Shown in pieces: positions 62,444 to 64,000 of a stretch of DNA of 64,000 nucleotides. The notes beneath the pieces were generated by a model, which did no database searches, was not told the DNA's origin, and saw only the letters and a list, made by a program, of their open reading frames with translations. Origin of the DNA: Wickerhamiella versatilis. Its lineage: Eukaryota. Location: contig JAQOWU010000007.1 in the NCBI GenBank assembly GCA_030867685.1, forward strand, positions 2,046,001-2,110,000, in the 5' to 3' direction. A program made the translations under genes and the position numbers. Position 1 is the stretch's first letter; each line of letters begins with the position of its first letter.

Positions 62444-63061
62444 TCATTCCTCCTCGCTGGTAGGACCATCGTCATGTGCAGCATATCCAGAAGTACCTAA
62501 AACCACTGAATTTTGTCTTGAATTTTGAGGTTCATCATTAAGCTCATCAGCAATTGCTTCAGCTAATCCGTCAAAGTCATCGTCCTCTGCGGATGCCTGT
62601 GCTGGCGGCTTGGCTTCAGCCATAGACCGCTTTTCCACCTTTTGCCTCGTCTCAGACGAAGATGTCGGTGCTGGGTTCTTAGCAGGCAACTTAGGAGGTT
62701 TCTGTCGCATTTGGAGATGTTGCCTGGAGGGAGCGCGCAGAATATGCGATTTCGAAGGTTGCGCAGAGCTGGCACGCGAAGGTCGCTCACGCACGGGATT
62801 GGCAACCATATCGCAGCCCACTGTCTTTATTTCATAAGATTGTTCTTTATCGTTCCACAATAGTATGCAATCAACATCCCGTGCCCGTTCTGCATGGCCT
62901 CGGAAGGAAGCACCTCCCTTCATTTCCACAGCATGAGCGTTCCCATCCCGCCGAAGAGATAATGGTGAATCCGAAGGATTAGAGAGATACCTTAATGTAA
63001 ATCCCTCATCTTTTGGGACCTCCTGACGGAAGGAGCTGTCAACCTTGACTGGAAACGCCAT
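62444..63061 (-). CDS. ELL-associated factor (EAF)-domain protein
   Basis: FTLRY...P, FRG...DCILLWN..EQSYEI matches the EAF N-terminal pattern; acidic/Ser-rich C-terminus. Confidence 0.65.
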   Translation of the reverse strand: MAFPVKVDSSFRQEVPKDEGFTLRYLSNPSDSPLSLRRDGNAHAVEMKGGASFRGHAERARDVDCILLWNDKEQSYEIKTVGCDMVANPVRERPSRASSAQPSKSHILRAPSRQHLQMRQKPPKLPAKNPAPTSSSETRQKVEKRSMAEAKPPAQASAEDDDFDGLAEAIADELNDEPQNSRQNSVVLGTSGYAAHDDGPTSEEE

Positions 63062-63071
63062 GTGGGAAGGT

Positions 63072-64000
63072 ATGATTAAGAGTCAGCTTATACCTTTCTT
63101 AATGCTTCCTATAAAGTTAAAACTTGATGCAGCGGAGGAAAGTGTGAGAAGTGTTCTTTTGGGCGCGGCTCGCGATTTTTCTGCCAGAAATGGGAAGGCC
63201 GTTTGCCTGAGGTTCACCGGGGGCTGGGTCCGCGATAAGATTTTGCAGAAAACATCGCATGACATTGATGTTGCAATCGATACGGCGACTGGAGAAGAAT
63301 TTGCTTCCAGTGTACACGAATATCTTAAAAACACTGGAGCATTGCCATCATCATCAGTACATACAATCGCTCGCAATCCGGACAAGTCAAAACATCTCGA
63401 AACAGCCACCATGAAAATTGGCCCACTAGACGTTGATTTTGTAAATCTGAGGTCTGAGGACTATATTGGCGACTCTAGGGTACCTGTAATGAAGTTTGGC
63501 ACCCCGCAGGAGGATGCTTTGCGAAGAGATGCAACCTTGAACGCTCTATTTTACAACCTTGCTGACGACAAAGTTGAGGACTTCACTGGAAAAGGTATTG
63601 AGGACTTGCGTCATGGCATACTTAGAACTCCGCTTGACCCCAGCGTAACCTTTAGGGATGATCCATTGCGTATACTTCGTTTGCTACGCTTTGTAGCTCA
63701 GTATGACTTCACGCTTGCATCAGATGCTGCTGCTGCAATTTCAGACCCCATGATAGGTTGCAAAATAGCTCGCAAAGTGAGTAGGGAGCGTGTTGGCACG
63801 GAACTGGCGAAGCTGGTGGCAGCCCCGTATGCTCTTAAAGGGCTTTCTGAGATGGTGAATCTGGATGTGTTGCGATATGTATTCAGTATGCCACCAGGAT
63901 ATACATGTAATTCGAAGCCAGATACAGAATGGGTCAATCTTGCTGAGATCGAACAGGCTGCTTCGGTATTATCAAATTTGTCGTTCAAGATTGAAGACCT
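63072..64000 (+). CDS. CCA1: CCA tRNA nucleotidyltransferase, 5' part (runs off window end)
   Basis: Manual translation: LRFTGGWVRDKIL, DIDVA, NPDKSKHLETA, DFVNLRSE, EDALRRDATLNALFYN, DDPLRILR; in-frame ATGs at 63072 and 63102. Confidence 0.96.
   Translation, partial: MIKSQLIPFLMLPIKLKLDAAEESVRSVLLGAARDFSARNGKAVCLRFTGGWVRDKILQKTSHDIDVAIDTATGEEFASSVHEYLKNTGALPSSSVHTIARNPDKSKHLETATMKIGPLDVDFVNLRSEDYIGDSRVPVMKFGTPQEDALRRDATLNALFYNLADDKVEDFTGKGIEDLRHGILRTPLDPSVTFRDDPLRILRLLRFVAQYDFTLASDAAAAISDPMIGCKIARKVSRERVGTELAKLVAAPYALKGLSEMVNLDVLRYVFSMPPGYTCNSKPDTEWVNLAEIEQAASVLSNLSFKIED

Noticed and set aside
1-64000. Bacterial horizontally acquired genes, CRISPR arrays, rRNA or intact tRNA genes
   Set aside because: None recognised; MLS1, DUG3, the CorA gene and MRPS12 fit ordinary fungal families.

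Overview
Eukaryotic nuclear DNA from a budding yeast (Saccharomycotina) with a very compact genome. About 44 protein-coding genes lie in 64 kb. I found only two clear spliceosomal introns (TEF1, 180 nt; APS3, 43 nt), both with the branch point close to the acceptor. Many proteins are shorter than their S. cerevisiae homologues. A complex I subunit, an EAF-like gene and the intron style suggest an early-diverging lineage such as Wickerhamiella/Starmerella, but this is inference only. Content is mostly housekeeping, plus mating genes (PRM1, FUS1-like with upstream Ste12 sites, STE7). I found no intact transposon, tRNA, rRNA, CRISPR array or clearly bacterial gene. The most notable signals are: (1) the TEF1 intron folds into a near-perfect RNA four-way junction; (2) a box H/ACA snoRNA abuts the TFB4 stop codon; (3) an orphan multi-pass membrane gene sits in a gene-poor island; (4) head-to-head genes have start codons only 10-40 bp apart, and one same-strand pair is 7 bp apart; (5) SMC1, VPS10, a Rim101-like factor and the complex I 49-kDa subunit are unusually divergent. 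All gene calls come from remembered motifs, not database searches, and RNA folds were worked out by hand.
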